Below the pieces are notes generated by a model. That model was not told the origin of the DNA. It saw nothing but the letters and a program-made list of their open reading frames with translations, and ran no database searches. This document shows, piece after piece, positions 39,879-49,594 of a stretch of 64,000 bases of DNA. The translations under genes were made by a program, and so were the position numbers. Every line of letters begins with the position of its first letter. Positions within the stretch are counted from its first letter, which is position 1. Origin of the DNA: Candidatus Latescibacterota bacterium (lineage in GTDB: Bacteria > Latescibacterota > UBA2968); contig OZ241986.1 of the NCBI GenBank assembly GCA_965204375.1, positions 2,880,001-2,944,000 on the forward strand, given 5' to 3'.

Positions 39879-41420
39879 ATGCGTCTCAGGTCCATATTGC
39901 TTATCGTCGCATTTTACACGAGCCTGGGGTATTCCCCTCAAGCTGCCGATCCCGTACTACATCTAAAAACTGACCAGACGCAACCCCTCCCCAAAAGCCT
40001 CTACGGCTTCAACACGAACATGATGAGTGGTGACTACGGTTATCTCGACTCCAACTTTGTCGCGCTCACAAAAGACCTGCAACCCCAAACACTGCGTTTT
40101 CCCGGAGGCACAATCGGCAATTTTTACCATTGGAAAATAGCTGGATTTATCCAGGGTGAAATGAGTTCAACCACCAACGAGCAACTCAACAGACGAAACA
40201 GAGGCAATTTTGTCAGACTGAGAAAAAGGAGAAATGGGAGACTTGCATTTGACGACTTCATGCAAATGTGCAACGCGCTAAAAATAACGCCCATCGTAGT
40301 CGTCAACCTGTGGACGGGAAGCCCGGAGGAAAGTGCCGGGTGGGTTCAATACGCGAAAAACAAGGGATATGAAATCGCGTATTGGGAACTCGGCAATGAA
40401 TATTATCTGCCGTGGTACGCGGAAAAATATCCCTCTGCGGAAACCTATATCGCACAAGCTCAAAAACATGCACAGGCGATGAAAGCGATTGATCCAACGA
40501 TAAAAGTCTCGGTCTGTGCAAGCCCGGTAGCCTTCCACAAAAACGGCTTTGAAAAAAACGTGGATCAACGCAAATGGGATAGTGCATTGGCGGCTGCGGA
40601 TCAATTTTACGACGCCTATACCGTTCACGTCTATGCGTATCGAACCGCTCGAAAAAAAGAAATTGAGGAATATCGGGGCTATCTCTTTGGTTGGATCCAC
40701 TGCGATTTCGATGACGCCATGGCCTACTATGAAAAATTATTCCCCAGCAAAGAAATGTGGATAACCGAGTGGAATATCTCCAACCCCGCAAACCGGGTCG
40801 CCAATACACAACTGCACGCCATGTACGCGGGCGATTTCTTCTTAAAAATGCTCACGCAACCGCGCATTACCCATGCAAATTTTCACGTAATTGCCGGTCC
40901 CGGCAAAGGATTCCCCGCATTCTCCCCAATCACGCCCCCATCGCCGAGAACCAATTGGAAATACGGGGGCGAACCAGAGGCGGATTTTGGAAAGACAATC
41001 CGGCGCGCGACCTACTATCCTCTTCAATTAATTGGAGAAGCATTCGCGCAATCGGACACAAAATTCGTCCTCTCCATCCAAAATCCACCCATCCTCGATG
41101 GACAACTCGAATACGAAGGAAAACAAATACCGGGCATTCAAGCACAGGCAGTCGGAAGCACCTCGCACCTTTTCGTACTCATCAGCAACCGCACTGCAGA
41201 CGACCTGTTGCCGAGCCTCACCATCGACGGCAAAAAATTTGAAGGCACGCTCACATATCGCTACGTAGCCCATGAAAGACTCAATGCATCAAACGGAGGC
41301 AATGCAGAAATGGAAGGCGCCGGCAAAATAGAAGTCTCGATCCGCGAATGGTCTGGTGCTTGCAATAATCTCTTGATTCTCAAAAACAGTTTTGGCATCT
41401 TAGAATTATCGCCCAACTAA
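39879..41420 (+). CDS. Secreted clan GH-A glycoside hydrolase (GH51/GH79-like)
   Basis: Signal peptide; LRFPGG, WELGNE (acid/base), WITEWN (nucleophile). Confidence 0.78.
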   Translation: MRLRSILLIVAFYTSLGYSPQAADPVLHLKTDQTQPLPKSLYGFNTNMMSGDYGYLDSNFVALTKDLQPQTLRFPGGTIGNFYHWKIAGFIQGEMSSTTNEQLNRRNRGNFVRLRKRRNGRLAFDDFMQMCNALKITPIVVVNLWTGSPEESAGWVQYAKNKGYEIAYWELGNEYYLPWYAEKYPSAETYIAQAQKHAQAMKAIDPTIKVSVCASPVAFHKNGFEKNVDQRKWDSALAAADQFYDAYTVHVYAYRTARKKEIEEYRGYLFGWIHCDFDDAMAYYEKLFPSKEMWITEWNISNPANRVANTQLHAMYAGDFFLKMLTQPRITHANFHVIAGPGKGFPAFSPITPPSPRTNWKYGGEPEADFGKTIRRATYYPLQLIGEAFAQSDTKFVLSIQNPPILDGQLEYEGKQIPGIQAQAVGSTSHLFVLISNRTADDLLPSLTIDGKKFEGTLTYRYVAHERLNASNGGNAEMEGAGKIEVSIREWSGACNNLLILKNSFGILELSPN

Positions 41421-41437
41421 TTCCCGAGGAGGCTATT

Positions 41438-41557
41438 GTGTTTGGCCTTGAAATTCGCAAACCATCCAAAGAAACAGTCATAGGCTTCATCGTCACATGG
41501 ATCTGTGTGATCGGCATTATCTTTCTCACACTGGCCCTCGTCCGCATCGGTGCATAA
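41438..41557 (+). CDS. 39-aa single-TM small protein (absent from the ORF track)
   Basis: GAGGAGG RBS, GTG start, MFGLEIRKPSKETVIGFIVTWICVIGIIFLTLALVRIGA*; fills the gap between the GH and GNAT genes. Confidence 0.75.
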   Translation: MFGLEIRKPSKETVIGFIVTWICVIGIIFLTLALVRIGA

Positions 41558-41570
41558 AGGACTTATCCCA

Positions 41571-42050
41571 ATGATCCGAAAATACCGCCCTGAAGACCTC
41601 GACGCCCTCAAAGAAATCACCGTCATCTGCTTTGATGGGGTATCAATTGACCAGAATATCGAAAAAAACTTTGGTCAATTTGCCGACACAGATTGGAAAG
41701 AACGCAAAGCCAAACACATAGACGCGGACGTCGCCGCCAATGCCGATGGTATCTTCGTTTGGGAAGACAACGGCAAAGTCGCGGCCTACATCACCACGCG
41801 CATCGACCATGAAAGCAAAATAGGCGGCATACCCAACCTCGCCGTCTTGCCCGAATACCAGGGCAAAGGAATCGGCAAAGCATTGATGACAGCCGCCTTT
41901 GACTATTTTGAAGAACAGGAAATGGCCGTAGCAAAAATCGAAACCCTCGACCAGAACCCCGTTGGACAGAACTTTTATCCACGCTCGGGCTTTACCGCAG
42001 TCGCCCGACAAATCCACTACGCAATGCCGCTGAAAGACCGCAAAGTGTAG
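41571..42050 (+). CDS. GNAT family acetyltransferase
   Basis: LAVLPEYQGKGIGKAL, N...FY.RSGF. Confidence 0.9.
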   Translation: MIRKYRPEDLDALKEITVICFDGVSIDQNIEKNFGQFADTDWKERKAKHIDADVAANADGIFVWEDNGKVAAYITTRIDHESKIGGIPNLAVLPEYQGKGIGKALMTAAFDYFEEQEMAVAKIETLDQNPVGQNFYPRSGFTAVARQIHYAMPLKDRKV

Positions 42051-42054
42051 CTAT

Positions 42055-42846
42055 TTACTCAGCCCTCCACACCGTTGGAAAATGTTCCCCCCGCAAAATC
42101 TCGCCATCTTCCACAGTTACAAATTCCTTCATCACATGATCGCCACTCGCATCGTAATACGTATCCTGCGTCATATAGTGAATCGCAATCGCGCGTCGGG
42201 GTCGCTTGCTGCGATTGTCGTGGGAACCGTGCCAGGTCAGAGCGTGGTGATAATGCACCTCCCCCTTTTTCACCGGTCGGCGCACCACCGATATGGGATG
42301 GCCTTCAAACTCGGACGGCATGGTGTCAAAATCCTTTACCTCCCGTCGTACAAACGCAATCTGATTGCCCCACTTGTGCGAACCCGGCACCATACTCATA
42401 CACCCATTTTCCACATCCACATCGTCCAATGCCACCCACGCGCTCACCTCTGTCATCGGTCGAATAATCGGCCACAGCGGCGCGTCCTGGTGCCATCCGG
42501 TCGTCCCCCCAATCTCAGCGGGCTTGTACTGAATCTGATCGTGCCAGATACGCAACTCCGTCGCCCCGGTCAACTGCGCCATCTCCTCTACAATCTTCTC
42601 TGAAGACATCAAATTCTCAAACGCCTCGCTCGCTTCCCAAATATTCACAATCTGCCAGACCGGCGCCGAATCATTACCGCCCAAATTGCGCAACAAAACC
42701 GGCTGCGACACATCATCGCGATCTTTATTCTCAATCACCCGGTACAATTCCTCGCGCAACACCTCGACCTGCGCGTCGTCCAGCACATGTCCCCCATTCA
42801 AAAACCCATTTTCGTGAAACTCCGCCACTTGTTCTTCTGTTAGCAT
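42055..42846 (-). CDS. PhyH family Fe/2OG oxygenase
   Basis: WHQD, WVALDD..VENGCM..VPGSH, WHGS..N.S..PRR. Confidence 0.92.
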   Translation of the reverse strand: MLTEEQVAEFHENGFLNGGHVLDDAQVEVLREELYRVIENKDRDDVSQPVLLRNLGGNDSAPVWQIVNIWEASEAFENLMSSEKIVEEMAQLTGATELRIWHDQIQYKPAEIGGTTGWHQDAPLWPIIRPMTEVSAWVALDDVDVENGCMSMVPGSHKWGNQIAFVRREVKDFDTMPSEFEGHPISVVRRPVKKGEVHYHHALTWHGSHDNRSKRPRRAIAIHYMTQDTYYDASGDHVMKEFVTVEDGEILRGEHFPTVWRAE

Positions 42847-42893
42847 GATTCATCTCCTGAAAAAACATCCTTCACACGACGTTCTCCAGATCA

Positions 42894-42951
42894 GGGCGAG
42901 GCATGCCTCGCCCCTACACATCTGCGTTCATCTGCGTTCATCTGCGGATCA
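42894..42951 (-). repeat. Composite repeat: GTAG-type REP palindrome plus (CATCTGCGTT)x3
   Basis: Perfect palindrome GGGCGAGGCATGCCTCGCCC, then CTACA, then CATCTGCGTT CATCTGCGTT CATCTGCGGATCA. Confidence 0.8.
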
Positions 42952-44181
42952 AACTAAATTCCCCTCTGCCCGGCTATTTCTCCCCACAACAGCAACAGCC
43001 TTATCCATCCCCACACACAAATTACTACTAATCAAGTTATAGTCGCTCTCACCGCTCTCCTCAATACCCTTCAACTGCGTCGGCTTTTCCTGATCGTCTG
43101 CACACCGATTGCCCTGCACAATCGAATGAGTCAAATCGTACACGCGGATACCGGGGTATTCTCCCTTTTCCGCCCGGGAATTGCTCAGCAACAAATTCCC
43201 CGTAATCACCTGCTCATCCCCTCTATTGGCATCTATCCCGCACATCCCATTGTACGAACACACATTATTACTCACAATATTGTGGTGATCTCCGCCATTT
43301 GCCACACCGCCAATCCCGTGTTGTCCATTTTCGGAAAATACGCTATCGCTACACACCGAATGATGCACCCGCGCGCAAAAATAATACCCATCCCCCCCAT
43401 TTCCCTTCCCGATATTGTGCGACCACACACTTCGCGCCAACCCCGTTCCGGGATGAAATCCATGCCCGCGACACCCGTGTGCCTGACAATGCGCCACCTG
43501 GGCATCGCAACCGCGCTGAATCCCAAACCCATCGCTGGGCCACCCAAACACCGAACAATTCAGAACGCGCACGCGCTCACAGCCCACAATATGCACCGCC
43601 GAATACGTAAAATCCCACCAATCACCCTCGTAATCTTCGGGCCCCTTAATCGTCAAATCCCGTATCTCAATATCCGTCTCACCCTCTGACCATATACAGG
43701 GAAACAGATTCACCACCCGGGCATTGTCGCGCACCAACAATCGCCGATTAAACGGCACACTCATCCACACGCGATTGCCCACAATCCGCTCGACCTCTCC
43801 GTGCGTACCCCACCATCCCCTGTGCTTATCGTCACAAACCCCAATCCCCTCACCCACGCGAAAAGGCGGCACGGTCTTACAGGTCAACACCCGACCACCT
43901 TTGCGAATATCTTTTGACAAATAAGCCACCTGCAAAGGCCGAATCCGCAACACAGTCGCTGGTCCATCGCCGATCAAACTCACCCGACTGGGCACGTATA
44001 GCGTCTTGCGCAAAAGATACGTACCCGCCGGAATACGCACCCGTCCGCCACTCTCTGGCAACGATGCAACCGCTTCTTCCAACCCACAGGTCATAGATTC
44101 CCGATCAAAAAAATCCGCAGCATTCACCTCATCTCGCGGCGCATCGGGCAATGGAATCTCTCTCGCTGGCATAGCAGGCAT
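42949..44181 (-). CDS. Right-handed parallel beta-helix protein
   Basis: GGRVRIPAGTYLL...LIGDG cap; repeated N..S.N/G.GI motifs; no signal peptide. Confidence 0.8.
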   Translation of the reverse strand: MPAMPAREIPLPDAPRDEVNAADFFDRESMTCGLEEAVASLPESGGRVRIPAGTYLLRKTLYVPSRVSLIGDGPATVLRIRPLQVAYLSKDIRKGGRVLTCKTVPPFRVGEGIGVCDDKHRGWWGTHGEVERIVGNRVWMSVPFNRRLLVRDNARVVNLFPCIWSEGETDIEIRDLTIKGPEDYEGDWWDFTYSAVHIVGCERVRVLNCSVFGWPSDGFGIQRGCDAQVAHCQAHGCRGHGFHPGTGLARSVWSHNIGKGNGGDGYYFCARVHHSVCSDSVFSENGQHGIGGVANGGDHHNIVSNNVCSYNGMCGIDANRGDEQVITGNLLLSNSRAEKGEYPGIRVYDLTHSIVQGNRCADDQEKPTQLKGIEESGESDYNLISSNLCVGMDKAVAVVGRNSRAEGNLV

Positions 44182-44201
44182 AACATCACCCTCCTACTTC
44201 A

Positions 44202-44921
44202 TTAAGCACTCTCTAAAAAAACCGTCACCCCCATATCGGCGTATTTCTCGCGCGTATCCGGTGTGCGGTTGCGATGACAGACCGCCACGCCAGTCCCTTC
44301 CAAAGACCTGCACAAATACGCGATCGTATCATCCACAGACTTCAACCAGTGTTGCGGATGTGCCTTAATGCTCATAGACAAATCCGTCGGACCCATCGAC
44401 AGACAATCCACACCCGCCTTCGCGAGCAAATGCCCGCGCGTTGCAGCCTCTACCGACTCAATTTGCAACCACAAAACCCCAAAGCTATTCCACCAATCGG
44501 CGTACTCCTCCGTAGTTTTATCTTCCGTGCCTCGCCGATGTCCCCCGCCAAAACTGCGCCCTCCAGCCGGTGGATAATAAAAATAGTGCAACGCATCATC
44601 AACCGTCTCTTCCAACTCGGTCTGCGGAATCTCGATCCCACACGGACCCAAATCGAGATAATTGCCAATCAAATAGGCATTGCGCGTGTGTTTAATCCGA
44701 AACTGCACGAACACATCGCGCTCGGCAGCCATATCGCAAAACGCCGCAATGCGCTCTTCGCTCAACGGCGTATGCTGGCTATCAATAGACACGAAATCGT
44801 AATCATCCTGATCCATAATCTGATCGAACCGATCCGGCGGTGTATTCGGTGCCATAGACACGCCAATAATGCGTTCACCACTGCGGTATTTCTGTTTCAG
44901 TCCAATTGCATTTTCAAACAT
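44202..44921 (-). CDS. HpcH/HpaI aldolase/citrate lyase family protein
   Basis: IDSQH, LDLGPCG, YPPAGGRS, LQIES, GPTDLS. Confidence 0.82.
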   Translation of the reverse strand: MFENAIGLKQKYRSGERIIGVSMAPNTPPDRFDQIMDQDDYDFVSIDSQHTPLSEERIAAFCDMAAERDVFVQFRIKHTRNAYLIGNYLDLGPCGIEIPQTELEETVDDALHYFYYPPAGGRSFGGGHRRGTEDKTTEEYADWWNSFGVLWLQIESVEAATRGHLLAKAGVDCLSMGPTDLSMSIKAHPQHWLKSVDDTIAYLCRSLEGTGVAVCHRNRTPDTREKYADMGVTVFLESA

Positions 44922-44935
44922 AATTGTCTCCTTTT

Positions 44936-45006
44936 AAAACGAATCAACGATGGAGTTCGTATCGACTTTGGGTGGCAGGGTGGGGTTCATCTATTCGTCT
45001 ATTCGT
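44936..45006. repeat. Dispersed 8-mer-array element (CGAATCAA...TATTCGTC), copy 1
   Basis: Matches the reverse complement of 62081-62158. Confidence 0.7.
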
Positions 45007-46254
45007 TCAGTTGCTCTTTTCCCATTCCCGAAGCTTATCTGCATTTTCGCGCACCTTGACAAATGCGCGCGACATATCCCGCATCCGCGTTTCAGAAGCC
45101 AGCAAAGCCCTCTGGCTTATCGACAGCCGCTCCTTGCAATACTGCTCGACCTTTGGCAAATGCAACGAGCGATAATCCTGTGCCGCATCTGTCCACGCAA
45201 AAGGCGTGTAATCGCGGGCTTTCCAATCCTCTTGAAAAACCGGATGTTTGTAAACCGGCGCCTCGTATCCCGTACTCACCGGCACACCTTCAGCGCGCAT
45301 CGCCCTGACAAATGCATCGCGGGAAACGCCTTCAAACGCCTCGGATAAATACCTCGCACCATACACATGCCAGTTGACGCGGGTTGCATCTTCCAATCGG
45401 TGAATCGGCTCAATACCCTCAACTTCCGACAACGTGCGCGTCAACATCGCCCCATTTTGCTCGCGGATCTCCGTATGCTCGGGAATGCGCTTCAACTGGC
45501 ACAATAGGACCGCAGCGACAAACTCCGTCATCCGATGGTTCCCTCCCCATTGCCGAGATTCCTCTGTACGACCATACCGCGACCGCCCCACATTGGTCGC
45601 ACAGCCAATCGCATCGGCAACTGCCTCGTCATTGGTCAGGGCAATGCCCCCATCTCCACCCGTCATATTTTTGCTCTGCTGAAAAGAAAATCCCGAAGCC
45701 AGTCCCCAACTGCCCAGCCCGCGATCCCGATAAGTCGATCCCCATCCGTGCGCCGCATCTTCTAAAATCGCGAGATTGTGTCGCTCGGCAATATCCAACA
45801 ACCGCTGGAGATCACACGCCAACCCGCCAAAATGCACTGGCATAATCCCCTTCGTGCGATCTGTAATAAGGCTCTCGACCTCCGCCACATCGAGATTATT
45901 GGTATCCGGATCTATATCGCAAAAAACAACCGTAGCACCTGCTTTTAGAATCCCCGAACACGTACCGATAAACGTATATGCACTCGTAATCACCTCATCG
46001 CCCACACCAATCCCCGCCCCGCGACAAATCATCTCCAGAGCCACAGTGCCGCCAGTACACGCGATCCCGTATTTTGCATCTTGAAATGCCGCAAATGTCT
46101 CTTCAAACTCCTGGCACTTCGAGGAATTGTACCACGCCCGACTCTCCAGCACCTCAATAAGCGCATCTTTCTCGGCCGCATCGTACATCGGCCACAAAAT
46201 ACCATCCTTTTCTTTAACCTCACGCTCGCCACCCAACAGCGCTAACTCTGCCAT
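45007..46254 (-). CDS. DegT/DnrJ/EryC1/StrS PLP aminotransferase
   Basis: GDEVI, PVHFGG, EDAAH, FSFQQSKNMTGGDGG. Confidence 0.9.
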   Translation of the reverse strand: MAELALLGGEREVKEKDGILWPMYDAAEKDALIEVLESRAWYNSSKCQEFEETFAAFQDAKYGIACTGGTVALEMICRGAGIGVGDEVITSAYTFIGTCSGILKAGATVVFCDIDPDTNNLDVAEVESLITDRTKGIMPVHFGGLACDLQRLLDIAERHNLAILEDAAHGWGSTYRDRGLGSWGLASGFSFQQSKNMTGGDGGIALTNDEAVADAIGCATNVGRSRYGRTEESRQWGGNHRMTEFVAAVLLCQLKRIPEHTEIREQNGAMLTRTLSEVEGIEPIHRLEDATRVNWHVYGARYLSEAFEGVSRDAFVRAMRAEGVPVSTGYEAPVYKHPVFQEDWKARDYTPFAWTDAAQDYRSLHLPKVEQYCKERLSISQRALLASETRMRDMSRAFVKVRENADKLREWEKSN

Positions 46255-46268
46255 ATTTCCCTCCTTGA

Positions 46269-46757
46269 TCAATCCCGCTGCAAACATTCGACCAGCAGGT
46301 CCAATGCTTCTCGGGCGAATACTTCCATATTTTCGCCCCGGTTCTCGCTACCCGTCGCGATCGCAATCGCACGCTCGGTATCTGGTCCCACAACGCCGAT
46401 ACACGTATGGCCGGGTGGATCGCCATACCGATTTCCCGTCGGACCAGCCGCACCCGTCTCGCCGATACCCCAGTCTGCCCCCAAACGTTCGCGCGCAGCG
46501 CGTGCCAGATGCAGTGCATGCGTCTTTGTCGCAGCCCTCGCCTCGCCCATTGCCGCATCTGAAACAGCCATCAATATTTGCTTTGAATCACCCGTATAAC
46601 ACACCCCACCGCCCTTAAAATAAGCCGAAGCCCCCGGCACAGCCAAAAGTGCTGCTGAAATAATTCCACCCGCCGACGACTCTGCCACCGACACGGTCTG
46701 CCCTTTTTCTTTTAGCAATGCCCCCACATCTGCGGCCATAGTCTTAAAATTCGCCAT
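46269..46757 (-). CDS. CinA C-terminal / PncC-like protein
   Basis: VAESSAGG, VPGASAYF, ETGAAGPTG. Confidence 0.85.
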   Translation of the reverse strand: MANFKTMAADVGALLKEKGQTVSVAESSAGGIISAALLAVPGASAYFKGGGVCYTGDSKQILMAVSDAAMGEARAATKTHALHLARAARERLGADWGIGETGAAGPTGNRYGDPPGHTCIGVVGPDTERAIAIATGSENRGENMEVFAREALDLLVECLQRD

Positions 46758-46782
46758 ATTGGACCTCTGAATTTTTAGGTAA

Positions 46783-48555
46783 TTATTCGTCTTCTTTTTG
46801 TTTTCTATCCCCCACCGGAGACTCAACGCGAACCGTCACAATATCCGCATCGTGGTATTGCTGGTGGCGCACAGACGACGTGAAATGCTGAAGCAATCGC
46901 AGCGAGATTTCATGCTCTATCGACATCTCTTCCGTCTGTTCTCTAAGATAGGCCATGCGGTCCTCAATATTCCCCTCACCCGTCGAAGCGATAAACTCGA
47001 GTTCCGCGCCATTGCTTCCATCGCTGCGCACAATTAGAAGCAAGCGTTTCTCCGCCTGTTCGTCCTCCCCTTGCTGAATGAGAATCAGGAGGGTTTCTTC
47101 GGCAGATAGACAGAGACGATTCGTCATCCCGGCGTCCCAGCCCCTGCGCGAAGCGAATTTTTCGAGGAAAGCCATAATCTCCGGTAAAGCCTCGACAGTG
47201 AGCGCGGTCTCCACGCGCTGCCGGCGCGGTGCTGTCAACTCCATAAACAGCGTCAAAAAAATCGCCGTGAGGCCGCCAGCCGTCATCCCATTGCCGAGCA
47301 GCGCCCCCCACCACTCTCCGAGATATTCCGCAAAAATGGCCTGATCCTGAAATCCCACACCAATCCAGAATGCGATTCCCGCGATCATCGCCTTGCGATA
47401 ATCTACCCCATCCTGCACGATGATCCGCATACCCACGACAAAGAGAAGTGCCAGCAGCACCGTCACATAAGCCCCGACCACGGGATTGGGAATCGCCAGC
47501 AGTAGTGCCGACACCTTGGGTAGAAAGGACGCCGTCACAAATACGATGCCAATACACACGCCGACGCCGCGCGCGGCAACGCCGGTGAGTTCTGTGATTG
47601 AAACACTTGACGAGTAGGTCGTGTTTGGAACTGTCCCCGCAATACCAGAAAGCAAGTTGCCCACACCATCTGCGGTAACTGCGCCCTGCACCGCCCGAAA
47701 ATCGGGCGCGCGGGGCGTGCGCCACGAAACCTTCTGGATGGCGATAGAATCGCCTATTGTTTCGATCGCACCGACCAGGGTCACAAATATGAAAGCGGGA
47801 AGAAGCGACCAGAAAACAGGACCAAAGCTGAGATCAAAACCAGGCCAGCCACCACCTGCAGGAAAACCAATCCATGGAGCGTCGATAACGCGCTGGATGT
47901 CGTACAGCCCAAAAAACGAAGCGACAATGCATCCCACAACGATCCCGATGATTGGCACCCAAAGGCGCCATACACCCGAAACCCGCAACGCGAGCACCAC
48001 GATGACGAACAAGGTTGCGATAGCACACGCGGGCGCGGCAGCCGAGGGCGTACCTTCGGGCACATCGGCCAACATATCAAAAACGATCGGCATAACGGTC
48101 ACCGCGATCAACATGATCACCGTTCCAGCCACAGTTGGCGTAATGATTCGCCGCAACAGCGAAAGCCGCGTCGAAAGCGCGAATTGGAACAACGACGAGA
48201 TGACGACCAGAGTCGCGAGCATCGCCGGACCGCCCTTGGCAAGTGCTGTCACACAAACCGCGATAAACGCGCCAGAAGTGCCCATGAGGAGAACATAGCC
48301 AGCACCAATGCGTCCAACGCGCACAGCCTGCAACACCGTGGTCAACCCGCTGACCAAAAGCGCACCAAAAACCGCCCACGACAGATAAGGCTCCCCCCCA
48401 CCCGCAGCCCTCACCACGATGACCGGCGTGATCACAATGCCCGCAATACAGAGCATGGCAGCCTGAAATCCGAGTGCGAAAGCAATGGTATTTGGAGGCC
48501 GCTCATTGGGTTCGTAAAGCACACTTTGGTCGCGGCGGTCAGATTCAGATTGCAT
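46783..48555 (-). CDS. NCS2 (xanthine/uracil permease) family protein with an extra soluble C-terminal domain of about 150 aa
   Basis: ETIGD, ADGVGNLL, NTTYSS, ELTGVAAR, FLPK; tail NRLCLSAEETLLIL...SLRLLQHFTSSVRHQQY. Confidence 0.85.
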   Translation of the reverse strand: MQSESDRRDQSVLYEPNERPPNTIAFALGFQAAMLCIAGIVITPVIVVRAAGGGEPYLSWAVFGALLVSGLTTVLQAVRVGRIGAGYVLLMGTSGAFIAVCVTALAKGGPAMLATLVVISSLFQFALSTRLSLLRRIITPTVAGTVIMLIAVTVMPIVFDMLADVPEGTPSAAAPACAIATLFVIVVLALRVSGVWRLWVPIIGIVVGCIVASFFGLYDIQRVIDAPWIGFPAGGGWPGFDLSFGPVFWSLLPAFIFVTLVGAIETIGDSIAIQKVSWRTPRAPDFRAVQGAVTADGVGNLLSGIAGTVPNTTYSSSVSITELTGVAARGVGVCIGIVFVTASFLPKVSALLLAIPNPVVGAYVTVLLALLFVVGMRIIVQDGVDYRKAMIAGIAFWIGVGFQDQAIFAEYLGEWWGALLGNGMTAGGLTAIFLTLFMELTAPRRQRVETALTVEALPEIMAFLEKFASRRGWDAGMTNRLCLSAEETLLILIQQGEDEQAEKRLLLIVRSDGSNGAELEFIASTGEGNIEDRMAYLREQTEEMSIEHEISLRLLQHFTSSVRHQQYHDADIVTVRVESPVGDRKQKEDE

Positions 48556-48575
48556 CGTTCAAATCCTTTCAATAT

Positions 48576-49583
48576 TTATGCCAACAACTCATCGCCATAA
48601 GCAAATAGCGCAGGTGTTCCACCCGTATGCACAAACACAACCGTCTGATCCCTGCGATACCATCCCTCGCGGATATGCTCAATCATTGCGCCATAAGTTT
48701 TGCCCGCATAAACGGGATCGAGCAACAATCCTTCGGTTTGCGCGGCCAACAACACGGCCTCTCGCGCCCCGCGCGTCAGTACGCCATAAGCCGGTCCCGC
48801 GTATTTGCCATAACTCTCAAATTCATCTGCTGTAAAATTCAGATCCAGATCCAGAATTTTGCACACCTCATTCGCAACCTCGGCGAGTTGCAAATTCTTT
48901 TTTTCATCGTCCTGTGGACTTGGACTTATGCCAATAATCCGCACATCAACACCCAGTGCTTTTGCCCCAACGACAAGCCCGGTATGCGTATGCACGCCCG
49001 CACACACATAGATGGCATCGGGTATCACATCCATTGCCTGCATCTGCTCCCACAATTCCAAAAACCCATCCACATAAGACACGCTGCGATAATAATACCC
49101 ATCCGAACTCGTGTTATAGACCCTGTGTCCATCGGCCTTTAACTTTTCGATAACAGCTACCTTCTCCTGCTCGTTCTCAATCAAATGCACCTCTGCGCCA
49201 AACAGATGCGTGAGCAACAAATTGCCATTCACGGGATCTGCATGGTCATCTTTACGCCCCACCATCACCGCCTTCAGACCCAACCTCGCCGCAACCGCTG
49301 CAGTCAACCGCGATTGATTCGACTGCGACGCCGCGCCGTGAAGCAATACATCATACCCATCATCCACAGCGGGTGCGACGGAATATTCAAACTCGCGCAC
49401 CTTATTCCCCCCAAACGCCAACCCCGTCTGATCCTCGCGCTTGACCAGAATGCGCGGCCCGCCCAACTTCTCTGCCAACCTCGGGCAATCCATCAACGGC
49501 GTGGGCAAATCGGCAAGCGACAATCGGCTGCACGTCCCCAACGCCTCTCGAACCTCTCGAATCGAATAGCTCAAGGATATCAC
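48576..49583 (-). CDS. D-cysteine desulfhydrase / ACC deaminase family PLP enzyme
   Basis: KREDQTGLAFGGNKVR, QSNQ, EGLLLDPVYAGK, HTGG. Confidence 0.88.
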   Translation of the reverse strand: MISLSYSIREVREALGTCSRLSLADLPTPLMDCPRLAEKLGGPRILVKREDQTGLAFGGNKVREFEYSVAPAVDDGYDVLLHGAASQSNQSRLTAAVAARLGLKAVMVGRKDDHADPVNGNLLLTHLFGAEVHLIENEQEKVAVIEKLKADGHRVYNTSSDGYYYRSVSYVDGFLELWEQMQAMDVIPDAIYVCAGVHTHTGLVVGAKALGVDVRIIGISPSPQDDEKKNLQLAEVANEVCKILDLDLNFTADEFESYGKYAGPAYGVLTRGAREAVLLAAQTEGLLLDPVYAGKTYGAMIEHIREGWYRRDQTVVFVHTGGTPALFAYGDELLA

Positions 49584-49594
49584 TCCTCTTTTGT

